Part shown: piece after piece, positions 7,020 to 15,586 of the stretch | Layout: each line of letters opens with the position of its first letter | How positions within the stretch are numbered: position 1 is the first letter of the stretch | Origin: Bacteroidales bacterium | GTDB taxonomy: Bacteria; Bacteroidota; Bacteroidia; Bacteroidales; UBA12077 | Reading direction: 5' to 3' | Assembly (NCBI GenBank): GCA_030643125.1 | Contig: DAOWML010000001.1 | Location: 1 to 26,860, forward strand | Length of the DNA: 26,860 bases | Program-made: the position numbers and the translations under genes | Notes under the pieces: generated by a model | Database searches by the model: none | What the model saw: only the letters and a program-made list of their open reading frames with translations | What the model was told of the DNA's origin: nothing

Positions 7020-7290
7020 AATGGTTTCTATTGTCCTTATAGGACTTACTTTTGTTGATTGCTACGATACTATTGTTGTCCTTACAGGAACAAATCACAT
7101 TAATTAATGAAAATACTAAAAAACAAATATAATTATTCATTTTATAATATTTCTAATTTACTACCATACTATCGTCCTTCCAGGACTTACTTTTGTTAAT
7201 TACTATTATACTACCATACTGCTGTCCTTACAGGACAAGTCTATTGTTTGTGCATATTGTTATATTAATATACTGTGATTTCTATAGGAC
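7020..7290 (-). repeat. REP-like units B1-B5, inverted relative to the A units
   Basis: GTCCT-nnn-AGGAC hairpins at 7033-7045, 7078-7090 (ends AGGAA), 7174-7186 and 7224-7236, with a degenerate copy at 7278-7290. B3 and B4 are preceded by CTACCATACT, so B3 reads GTCCT-GGA-AGGAC-GATAGTATGGTAG on the minus strand. Confidence 0.8.
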
Positions 7291-7312
7291 AAAACATGAA
7301 TAATTGTTTTAT

Positions 7313-7394
7313 AATAATTGCGTAGCAATGATATTATGGTAGAAAATTATTGTAAATATTTTTTTAAAGCAGCGTAGCTGTGATAGTATTCTAC
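7313..7394 (+). repeat. REP-like units A3 and A4, direct repeat of the A1-A2 block
   Basis: 7313-7349 matches 6473-6509 at 36 of 37 positions (offset 840). A4 is GCAGC-GTA-GCTGT + GATAGTATTCTAC (7369-7394). Confidence 0.8.
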
Positions 7395-7452
7395 AAATAT
7401 ATAATTGAATTTTTTGTAATCTTAATATTTATTAAACTCTGGCGGGGTTTAA

Positions 7453-7485
7453 TTAAAAATGCCCTTCAATATACTCGAAGGGCAT
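7453..7485 (-). terminator. Intrinsic terminator of the FadL-like gene
   Basis: ATGCCCTTC (7459-7467) / GAAGGGCAT (7477-7485), a 9-bp perfect stem followed on the minus strand by a T-run, 22 bp past the stop at 7508. Confidence 0.75.
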
Positions 7486-7507
7486 GTAAATATCAAATTA
7501 TTTTTAA

Positions 7508-9100
7508 TTATTCAGACTTTTTACCGAATTTAAAATCAAAGCCAATAGCAATAAATAAATTGTCTCTGTTGTAAGTTTCTGTAACAGTTTCTATATTAGT
7601 TGGGCTTCCTGCAATATTATAATCGAATTTTTTATCATCTTCAACATACATTGTATAAGCAACAGCCAGATTTAAGTCGATCTTTGGAGTAATTGAATAA
7701 GCACCACCTAAACCATATGTATTTGAAGAAATCTTATAATCCATATCAGTCTGGAATTCCTCACTTACACCTGATTGTGCCCTTAAATAACCACCACTAA
7801 CAAGTATTTTATCTGAAATATTGTATTCAAGACCTAATGCCCATTCCCAGTAATTGTTATCTATTATATCTTCATTTTTGATAGCGTTACCAAGAGCATC
7901 TTTATGGCCATAGTCTGCAGATTTATCAAAATAATAGTGCATTCCGGTTGATAATAAGAATTTGTCAGTGATTTTATAATCTGCACCAACGGTTAATAAA
8001 GCTGGCATATCATTTCTTTTAATTTCACCGTCAGGGTATTTATATAAAGGTGTTAAACCGTCATAGCCATAAAGAAACCCTTTTCCTTCTTCAACATTAT
8101 TTTCCAGTTCAATTTTGGTTTGGAATTCATACTTTAAACCAATATTTAATTTATCGTTAGGGCTAATATTTACACCAATAATAGGAGTGATGCCTGAGCC
8201 CGTTTGTTCTATATCTGCTGTTTGATCTTCAAGGACTGTAGCTTTTAAATCCATACCAACAGCACCAGCACCAAAAGCTTGAGATGCTTGACTATTTGTC
8301 ATTCCTGATTGATATAACCCGAGACTGGTAAGTATTGCAATTCCAGTTGGATCTGTAAATGGATCATCAGCACCTAAAAATCCACCTGTTATATAATCAC
8401 TAATATCATTTGATGTCGCTTCAAGATCATCGCTTACACCTTCAAGAAATGTGCTTCCGGGTACAATTGTTCCACCCATATTTACGGTAATGTCTTTTAA
8501 ATATCCATTATAAGTATTTTTGGCTGTAACATATCGACCACCTAAATACATAGAAAATACATCATTAATTTCATAAGATACACCTAACTGGTATCCCCAG
8601 AAAACAGAACTGCCTTCTAAATATGCGTTCATATTATAACCTGTAACTCCTTGTGTGGTAAAAGCTGGAACTAAGTCAGCAATCCCCATTTCAAAAGAAG
8701 GTAAACCTTTGCCAAATTCAGCAGTACCACCACCACCAATTACATTAACACCAAAAGAGAAAGCAAATTTACCGGTATTATATGATGCGTATATGCTTGG
8801 AAGTATAGGAACAGTTACAGAACCTTCGTAATCAACAGGAGAGTTATTTAAATACGAGTAGCTTGAAGTTATTGTTCTGTTCTGAAATAATGTTTGGTTG
8901 TTTATAGACACATAAAAGCCATCGCCTAATTTAGTAAGACCGGCCGGATTATAAAAAACAGCATCTAAATCGGTTGTAGCGTCGCGAGCGAACATTCGAA
9001 CCCATGCTGCACTTTGGTTAGTATTGTGAACAATACCACCCGAATAAGAGAAAAATGGCAGGCTTAGTAAACCTACTAAAAGTAAAGTTATTCTTTTCAT
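7508..9100 (-). CDS. OmpP1/FadL/TodX-family outer-membrane beta-barrel transporter
   Basis: Signal peptide, hatch-domain motif DLDAVFYNPAGL, amphipathic beta-strands, C-terminal LFIAIGFDFKF. Confidence 0.8.
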   Translation of the reverse strand: MKRITLLLVGLLSLPFFSYSGGIVHNTNQSAAWVRMFARDATTDLDAVFYNPAGLTKLGDGFYVSINNQTLFQNRTITSSYSYLNNSPVDYEGSVTVPILPSIYASYNTGKFAFSFGVNVIGGGGTAEFGKGLPSFEMGIADLVPAFTTQGVTGYNMNAYLEGSSVFWGYQLGVSYEINDVFSMYLGGRYVTAKNTYNGYLKDITVNMGGTIVPGSTFLEGVSDDLEATSNDISDYITGGFLGADDPFTDPTGIAILTSLGLYQSGMTNSQASQAFGAGAVGMDLKATVLEDQTADIEQTGSGITPIIGVNISPNDKLNIGLKYEFQTKIELENNVEEGKGFLYGYDGLTPLYKYPDGEIKRNDMPALLTVGADYKITDKFLLSTGMHYYFDKSADYGHKDALGNAIKNEDIIDNNYWEWALGLEYNISDKILVSGGYLRAQSGVSEEFQTDMDYKISSNTYGLGGAYSITPKIDLNLAVAYTMYVEDDKKFDYNIAGSPTNIETVTETYNRDNLFIAIGFDFKFGKKSE

Positions 9101-9162
9101 AGTTAATTAGTTTTGATTACCGGACTAAGATAATTTTTCTGTTAAAAAAAAAGAAGAAAAGC

Positions 9163-9194
9163 TCGACCAAAGTTTAAACAATTTTCGACCAAAG
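9163..9194. promoter_or_regulatory. 10-bp direct repeat with 12-bp spacer (LytTR-type operator geometry)
   Basis: TCGACCAAAG at 9163-9172 and 9185-9194 (22-bp period), 63-94 bp upstream of the FadL-like start. Confidence 0.45.
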
Positions 9195-9366
9195 CTTCTA
9201 ATAATCAGTCAATAGATTAGTATATAAGTATTTATAGATTTGCATAATTGAGATTAATAATAATAAAAATAGACTATATGGTTTGTGTAGTCGAAAAAAC
9301 CTCTCTTTAAGAAAGATTTATAGTATAAAAGCAATGTGATCATCTGCAATTAACACCAATCATTAA

Positions 9367-9503
9367 TTAAATCCGTTCCATGGCATATAGCCGTTGCACG
9401 AGCAAATCTTTTCGTGGAATGTTGATAGTCATCGGATGATTCTTTTAAAAATTAAGTTAAAGCACTATCTGTAAACAAGTCATCCGATGACTTGCGGATT
9501 TAA
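9367..9503. repeat. Cluster of nested palindromes (REP/REPIN-like or structured RNA)
   Basis: TTAAATCCG (9367-9375) / CGGATTTAA (9495-9503) enclose AGTCATCGGATGATT (9427-9441) and CAAGTCATCCGATGACTTG (9476-9494), which are inverted copies of one another. Confidence 0.55.
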
Positions 9504-9520
9504 GGTAATAGATAGGTTTG

Positions 9521-9548
9521 TTAATAGATGGGTTAACCCATCTGTTAA
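9521..9548. terminator. Hairpin downstream of the DUF5723 gene (terminator or REP-like)
   Basis: TTAATAGATGGG-TTAA-CCCATCTGTTAA, a 12-bp stem with one G-T pair, 18 bp past the stop at 9566. No convincing U-tract on the minus strand. Confidence 0.45.
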
Positions 9549-9565
9549 TCAGGATATTATTAATC

Positions 9566-11035
9566 TTAAAAAACTGATTTTAATAATGGTTTATCTTTCG
9601 ATTTTAGTTTTTGCATGGATCCAATTGCGATATTTATACCAAATCTAAAATTAAAAGATGTTGTTTTATGCCCCCATAAAGCTGCAGAAACATTATCTGA
9701 GATTAGATATAGTTGCACCGGAGCACCCCCAAGCACGAATCCAAAACCAATATTATTATACGAACCATTCATTATAGAATAACTTAAACTGGCAGATAAT
9801 CCATTTACCGGGTAAACATTTGCCGAAAAAGTAAAAGCCTGGTTTAAATTACTATTGTAAAAATATGAACGTGATAAGAATCCTACATCAAATTTTTTGG
9901 AAATGGCATAATTAGCACCAATATAAATTTTTGTACAAAGTGATGTTGTATATGATTCAGCAGTATTCAAAATAGTAAAACTATTTTTTAAAGAATCGAT
10001 CATTTCGTCAAAAGGATCGGTATCTGATTCTGAATTTCCTATTTCGTCACTTACATCCACTCCTTTAAAGGCGTAACTCCCTTTTAATTCAAGTGAGGTT
10101 ACATCTTTTGCATCCCATTTTATATAACCTAAATCAATTACGCTTAACGATAAGGATAAGTTTTCAATTGGTTTATAATAAATTCCAAAATCAATTCCTA
10201 AACCCATATTATTATGAGCCATCGCAAGATCAATTAAAGAATCAGTTTCTGCATTTTCGATATAGCTGGGAATTTCAAAACCATCAAATTCTCCATCTTC
10301 ATTTGTTGTAGCAATAAGCGGAGACGAAGTATTTATAACTGCATCGGCATTTAAATAAATTGAATCACGACTGGAATACATGCTTATATTATTATCCTTA
10401 AAATCTGATGATGCATTAGCATGACCAAATAGAACCTTTGCTCTAATCCCAACGGATAAATTCGGGTTTATTTCTTTTGAAATTCCAAGCCCGTATTCGC
10501 GATAAAAAGTTGAGTTAACTCCTAAATAACTTAAATCAGCACTTTTATTAATAAAGCTTTGATTTCCTTCCAGGGCCAGTACCATTAAATCTTTTGGATA
10601 GTTTATGGATGTTGAGAATTTTTCTGAAAGATTAAATGAAAAATACCAGGTATTAACTCTAAAACCAAAAGAAATAAGATCGGATCTGAAGTCTTCGTAA
10701 AAGAAATTATTTTCACCAATTTTAGACAGAAAATCAGAAGTATTATAATCGGCATCGGGATGTAAAAAAGTTATTAATGAATCATTAGTAGGATGTTTCA
10801 TTATAATATCGGTTAAAGTTAATCTATTATTACCTGCATCAACTTGTATAGATGAAATCCCGGGGAAGCCAATAAATACATTATAGTTTGGTTGCATAGC
10901 AGGATTCATGAATGTTGTTTGAGGAACCCTGTTCATATAATATAATGTTTGAACATCTTGTGCAGAAATGTATCCTGAAATAAGAATAACTGATACTATT
11001 GTAATTAATAATTTTTTAGATTTATTAAAGCTCAT
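9566..11035 (-). CDS. DUF5723-family outer-membrane beta-barrel protein
   Basis: Signal peptide ending SA|Q, QTLYYMNRVPQTTFMNPA start, alternating beta-strand pattern (GLGIDFGIYY, LSLSLSVIDLGYIKW), and C-terminal FNFRFGINIAIG. Confidence 0.7.
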   Translation of the reverse strand: MSFNKSKKLLITIVSVILISGYISAQDVQTLYYMNRVPQTTFMNPAMQPNYNVFIGFPGISSIQVDAGNNRLTLTDIIMKHPTNDSLITFLHPDADYNTSDFLSKIGENNFFYEDFRSDLISFGFRVNTWYFSFNLSEKFSTSINYPKDLMVLALEGNQSFINKSADLSYLGVNSTFYREYGLGISKEINPNLSVGIRAKVLFGHANASSDFKDNNISMYSSRDSIYLNADAVINTSSPLIATTNEDGEFDGFEIPSYIENAETDSLIDLAMAHNNMGLGIDFGIYYKPIENLSLSLSVIDLGYIKWDAKDVTSLELKGSYAFKGVDVSDEIGNSESDTDPFDEMIDSLKNSFTILNTAESYTTSLCTKIYIGANYAISKKFDVGFLSRSYFYNSNLNQAFTFSANVYPVNGLSASLSYSIMNGSYNNIGFGFVLGGAPVQLYLISDNVSAALWGHKTTSFNFRFGINIAIGSMQKLKSKDKPLLKSVF

Positions 11036-11046
11036 GAGTTCAGGAT

Positions 11047-12726
11047 TTACAAGTCGTTAGAATTTACTTTTACATCAATACCTACACTTAAATTAAAATC
11101 GACCGAATAATCTTCAAAAAATTTGACCGAAATAAGATCTCCGTTTGAGTCGGATGGAGTTTTAAGTCCTGCCCGAATTACTCCGTATCTGACCGTATTC
11201 AAGCTGGCTATTTCCTCGTTAGTGTACTCAACCAGCGATGTTTTAATTCCCGGTGCCATAACTGTATTATCAGAAGGATCTAAAATTCCGGAACTAATAA
11301 CAGGTCGTGAATTTTCAGCAAACAGGGTATCAACATGATTATACACCGAATCTAAGAAATATAGCTGAAAATCAATATCAAGAGGTAATCCGTTTGAAAC
11401 TTCAAGCATTACATTAACTCTTTCAATAAAATCAGCATCTTCATCAATATCTATCAGGTCGAGTTCAATAGTGTCTACAAGAGCAAAACTATCAGCTTTA
11501 AACCACAGTGGTAATATAAACTCAAAATCAATATCAATTTGACTGTTATCGCTTACAAAATTATACGAAGCTTCCGGGCCATCAGGATTTGATGTCGCTG
11601 ATAAACAGTATTCTAATCTTGATGGTAAAAAAGAAAGGAAATCCGAAACATTTGAATTTGTTGTGTTTATCGAAATAGTAGTGTCTTTGTAAATATCATT
11701 ATTAATATAATCTGTTAATGTCGGATATGCATAAGCAAATGTATCCATTGATGAATCAAAAATCATTTCTATGGAATCAACATCAGTTTTAAATCCTGTA
11801 AATCGGGAAATACTTACAGCTGCGGGAACGCCATAAGAGTTCATAATATTAAAATTTATATACGGATTTTCGAACCAAATATATCCTTCGAGTGAATTTT
11901 CAAAAAATCCAAGGTCTACCTCGCCTGTTTCGCTTAATAAATCGTAATTGCCAATATATCCAAAAATAACCTCGAAATCTATATCCTCTATTGTAACAAT
12001 TACCGAAATTCTTTCTCCGGGATTAAATCCGGCACCTGAATTAATAAGTTCAACATGAAAGTCAACAGGCATGTAGCTAAATGTTGAATCGACAGTAACT
12101 GAATCGCTTAAATAAATAGTATATCCATCAAGAACAAAGGGTTCGTTATAAGTAAAAGTACCATCGTCAACATCAATATCAATCGTTTGTGTAAATGGAA
12201 CATTGTTTAACCTGATATTTGGGCAGGTAATAACAATTTGTCCTGTATGTAGAAATTCAGAATAGATATCAAAAACCATAGTTCCTTCATCCAATATCAT
12301 ACTGTCAAGTTGTTCGTTATTTGAAAAGGCAAATGGGAAGTTTTTGGTACGGTCCAGAATAACTGTTTCTCCAATACCCCAACCCGGAGGAATAGTAAAA
12401 TCAGATTCAATAAAAAACTCAAGGAAATCTTGTGGAGGAATTTCCAGTAAATCATCAGCAATATACGAGAATAATGAATCTTCGTAAGTAATTAATAATA
12501 ATCCATCTGCATCAGAACTTATAAAACTCGAACTGTCAAATTCACTAATTAAATCATCAAGTGTAAGTGAGCCATAGGCCAAAGGCGCTAATATTCCTGC
12601 TCTAATTTCAATTTCATCATCAAGTTTACTAAAATCATATTCATCATGCATGCATTGATAAAATAAAAAAATGATAAATATTGGAAGTATGATTTTTAAA
12701 ATCCCGGCAAGTCGTAATTTATTCAT
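11047..12726 (-). CDS. Acidic putative surface lipoprotein of unknown function
   Basis: Basic N-terminus, hydrophobic stretch and non-canonical lipobox FYQ|C, followed by acidic CMHDEYDFSKLDDE. Beta-rich, strongly Asp/Glu-rich. Stop lies 11 bp before the DUF5723 start. Confidence 0.6.
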   Translation of the reverse strand: MNKLRLAGILKIILPIFIIFLFYQCMHDEYDFSKLDDEIEIRAGILAPLAYGSLTLDDLISEFDSSSFISSDADGLLLITYEDSLFSYIADDLLEIPPQDFLEFFIESDFTIPPGWGIGETVILDRTKNFPFAFSNNEQLDSMILDEGTMVFDIYSEFLHTGQIVITCPNIRLNNVPFTQTIDIDVDDGTFTYNEPFVLDGYTIYLSDSVTVDSTFSYMPVDFHVELINSGAGFNPGERISVIVTIEDIDFEVIFGYIGNYDLLSETGEVDLGFFENSLEGYIWFENPYINFNIMNSYGVPAAVSISRFTGFKTDVDSIEMIFDSSMDTFAYAYPTLTDYINNDIYKDTTISINTTNSNVSDFLSFLPSRLEYCLSATSNPDGPEASYNFVSDNSQIDIDFEFILPLWFKADSFALVDTIELDLIDIDEDADFIERVNVMLEVSNGLPLDIDFQLYFLDSVYNHVDTLFAENSRPVISSGILDPSDNTVMAPGIKTSLVEYTNEEIASLNTVRYGVIRAGLKTPSDSNGDLISVKFFEDYSVDFNLSVGIDVKVNSNDL

Positions 12727-12750
12727 AACTATGAAATTTAAAATATTAAA

Positions 12751-15513
12751 CTAATTTACGGAATAATTGTATAAAAAGTTATATTGAGTACCTACAATTA
12801 AATTAAACTGACTACGAGAATCTCCTAAATAACCTATTGTAAATGGTGTATTCCCTTTCAGAGGAAATCCTTCATAAATACTTCCGTTACTATTAAATAA
12901 AAATATTTCGTTGGTTGTTTTGGAAACAACACCTAATTTTCTATCGTCGTACGAAAAATAGTAATAAACAGGCGAAGAATCAATGTTTTTATCGAATTTA
13001 TAATCAAATATTTCTGAACCATCTTGTTTAAACACATCTAATTTGTTTTTATCAAGAAAAATATAATCTTTAAAACCATCAGCATTAATATCCTGGTAAT
13101 CGAAATAATGATTTGATGAATATTTCCCGATTTGTTTTGATTTTACTGTCCCGTCAAGATAAATCATTTTTACAAGGCTTGATGTATCAGTTGTTACAAA
13201 CCGTGGATTGGTATTTGAGTTACCTGTTTCCAGAATAAAATTATTGTTAAATGATTTAGAGAATTGGTTTTTTATATGAATACGTTCTTCGCCTCTTCGG
13301 TTTAAAATATACACTCTGTATTTATCGGCAAAAACAAGATAGTCGTTTGTGTTAATTCTAAAATGCTGAACCGGAGTTGTAACATGCTTATCGGTTTGAC
13401 CAAATTTCCATCCATTCACTAAATTACCTTCGAGATTATATAAATAAACATTTTTGTTTTTGCATGGAATAAGAATTCTGTAATCCAGAGTTTTATTGTA
13501 ATCAAACATTGCCAGGCCTGTTGTTGACGGCGACCTCAATTTAACCGGATATCGCTCTACATAATTACCATTTCTATCGATTAAATGAATTTTATTTTTG
13601 GTGCTAAACAAAAACTGAAGCTTACCGTTTTTATAAAAATCAACCTGGTATATTTCACTATTTATTTTTTCGTTTAATTGTAATTTCCATAAAATTCTAC
13701 CCACTTTATTAATCAGGTAAATCTTATTGTTTAAATCCTGAATAATAATTTCGTTTTCTTTCGTGTAATGATTTATTACTAATATTGGTTTGAAATCCAT
13801 TGAAGCATCCAAATGGCTTTCCCAAACCGTAACAGCTTCCTCTTTAAGCTCAGAAACATATTGTAAGTATAAATTGTTGTAAATCATGCCATTGTTTTGC
13901 TGAAGCTGAACGGCTAAAGCCTGAAATTTTCTAAAACTTTTAATATTTTGATTTAATCCTTTTTTGAGATTTGGGTTTAAAAGTTCAGCAATATATTTCG
14001 GTGAACGAAACATGTTAGTATAAAAATAGAAATTCGATTTTGAAGATAGATAATTTGTGAATTGCTCAAATTTCATATCATTATCCAGTGTTTTATGTAA
14101 TATGTTCGAATGGATAAATTTAGAAACGGATTTTTTGGAACTGCCGATAATAATGAAATTGTCGATAAACGTAGCATGCTGATTTTTAAATTCGGGGAAA
14201 ACATTTCCGAAAAATGTTCTGAATACATTATTAAATGGTAAAGAGTATACTTTGTATTTAGTTTCTTTATCAATTCTTATTTCATTTATAAAACGTGATT
14301 TGTTTACATTGTTTGTTTCGGCAATTTTAGAAATAATTTCATTTAGTTTATTTTCGGTAATACTTTTACCTCTGGTTCGCATTATAATGTATGTATTATC
14401 CTCGAAATTATCGTTTGGTTCGTCAGTAACCACAAGCCCGATTTCTTCGTCAAGATGTTCTTTAAAAAACTGTTCTAAATCAATGGCATACTTATTTTTA
14501 TATAGGTCAATCTGTAATTGATATTTATTTATTTTCCCTTCTTTTTCAAGATAAGATTTATAATCCTTTAAATACTGATCGATATTACTAATTCCTAATG
14601 ATAAAAAAAGGGCCGTGTTCGAAGGAAGAATACTGTTCATCTTATGATCAACGGGTTCTTGTTTAAGAAAAATGTTGAGATAGTTATTTAAAGAATCATT
14701 ACTAAAAGTAAATCCGTTTAATAAAACAGCATCATCTTTTAAATTTATATCGAGCTCTGCCCAATTTCCTAAATTAGAGAATTTAGAAATTACAGATTTT
14801 TGCTTATTGTTTAACGCAAATGATACTATTTCATTAAAGCGGGCAAGGTTTAAATATATATTCGCATCAACATTTCTTCCGGCAGTTTTTTGTACTTTAA
14901 CAAATCCCCTATCATCAAATATCGATTTTTCAGCTTCTGATTGTCTTATTGAATTTTCAACTAAAATTGATGATGAGCTATATATCAGGATCCCTTTATA
15001 AAACGAAAAATGTAATTCTTTATCTGCCGTTTTAACATTGTATATTTTTGTATTGTTGTAATCGCGTGACGATACATTATTTTCAGAACTTAAAAGACTT
15101 GTAATCAATTGAAGAATAAATTTTTTATCACGAAAATTATGCATTCTTACCAGGAATAAAAACTCAAGATTAGCTTTCCCGATTTTGTGAGCAGAAATTA
15201 CTATTTGATTATCTTTTATTAAATCTTGTATAATTTGATTTTTACCGGGAAGATTTGCTATATATTCTAAATCAGAATCAAATTGTTTTACTGCAGGAAA
15301 CAGAACAAGCTCTTCCCAGATTTTGTTTTCTTTCCTGATCTCGGCAATCTTTTCTATAAAATTGGCACTTTCAATTATAATTGCAGCATCAATAGGGATG
15401 GCTTTATACGTATCAAAATCAGGTAATTGTTGTTTTTTTATATATCTGTAACCAAAATACGCTGAAAGAATTATGATTAAAGATGAGATTCCGATTAAGA
15501 CTTTTTTAAGCAT
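12751..15513 (-). CDS. Large membrane-anchored protein, DUF3352-like N-terminus and beta-propeller-like C-terminus
   Basis: N-terminal single TM segment (KKVLIGISSLIIILSAYFGYRY). The C-terminal third has repeated propeller-like units (IYLINKVGRILWKL, IHLIDRNGNYVERYPVKL, VYLYNLEGNLVNGWKF, DINADGFKDYIF). Confidence 0.6.
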   Translation of the reverse strand: MLKKVLIGISSLIIILSAYFGYRYIKKQQLPDFDTYKAIPIDAAIIIESANFIEKIAEIRKENKIWEELVLFPAVKQFDSDLEYIANLPGKNQIIQDLIKDNQIVISAHKIGKANLEFLFLVRMHNFRDKKFILQLITSLLSSENNVSSRDYNNTKIYNVKTADKELHFSFYKGILIYSSSSILVENSIRQSEAEKSIFDDRGFVKVQKTAGRNVDANIYLNLARFNEIVSFALNNKQKSVISKFSNLGNWAELDINLKDDAVLLNGFTFSNDSLNNYLNIFLKQEPVDHKMNSILPSNTALFLSLGISNIDQYLKDYKSYLEKEGKINKYQLQIDLYKNKYAIDLEQFFKEHLDEEIGLVVTDEPNDNFEDNTYIIMRTRGKSITENKLNEIISKIAETNNVNKSRFINEIRIDKETKYKVYSLPFNNVFRTFFGNVFPEFKNQHATFIDNFIIIGSSKKSVSKFIHSNILHKTLDNDMKFEQFTNYLSSKSNFYFYTNMFRSPKYIAELLNPNLKKGLNQNIKSFRKFQALAVQLQQNNGMIYNNLYLQYVSELKEEAVTVWESHLDASMDFKPILVINHYTKENEIIIQDLNNKIYLINKVGRILWKLQLNEKINSEIYQVDFYKNGKLQFLFSTKNKIHLIDRNGNYVERYPVKLRSPSTTGLAMFDYNKTLDYRILIPCKNKNVYLYNLEGNLVNGWKFGQTDKHVTTPVQHFRINTNDYLVFADKYRVYILNRRGEERIHIKNQFSKSFNNNFILETGNSNTNPRFVTTDTSSLVKMIYLDGTVKSKQIGKYSSNHYFDYQDINADGFKDYIFLDKNKLDVFKQDGSEIFDYKFDKNIDSSPVYYYFSYDDRKLGVVSKTTNEIFLFNSNGSIYEGFPLKGNTPFTIGYLGDSRSQFNLIVGTQYNFLYNYSVN

Positions 15514-15586
15514 AAGAGATTAAACCATTTATTCGTTCTTATCAAAAATATTAAATATAATTTTATAACTAAAATTTATATACTGG

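Noticed and set aside
7018-7140. 41-aa N-terminal extension of TnpA with an apparent lipobox (VICSC)
   Set aside because: Encoded by repeat units B1/B2 and AT-rich spacer, and the family-typical start is MANTYTQ. Kept only as a low-interest regulatory possibility.
6473-7394. CRISPR array interpretation of the roughly 50-bp periodic hairpins
   Set aside because: Units vary in sequence and orientation, spacers are partly duplicated and AT-rich, and no cas genes are present.
7380-7574. 64-aa plus-strand ORF
   Set aside because: Starts inside repeat A4, spans a terminator and overlaps the FadL-like gene antisense. No recognisable motifs.
9331-9560. Riboswitch (cobalamin, TPP, FMN, SAM) upstream of the FadL-like gene
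   Set aside because: None of the conserved core motifs found on the minus strand. The structure is better explained by palindromic repeats.
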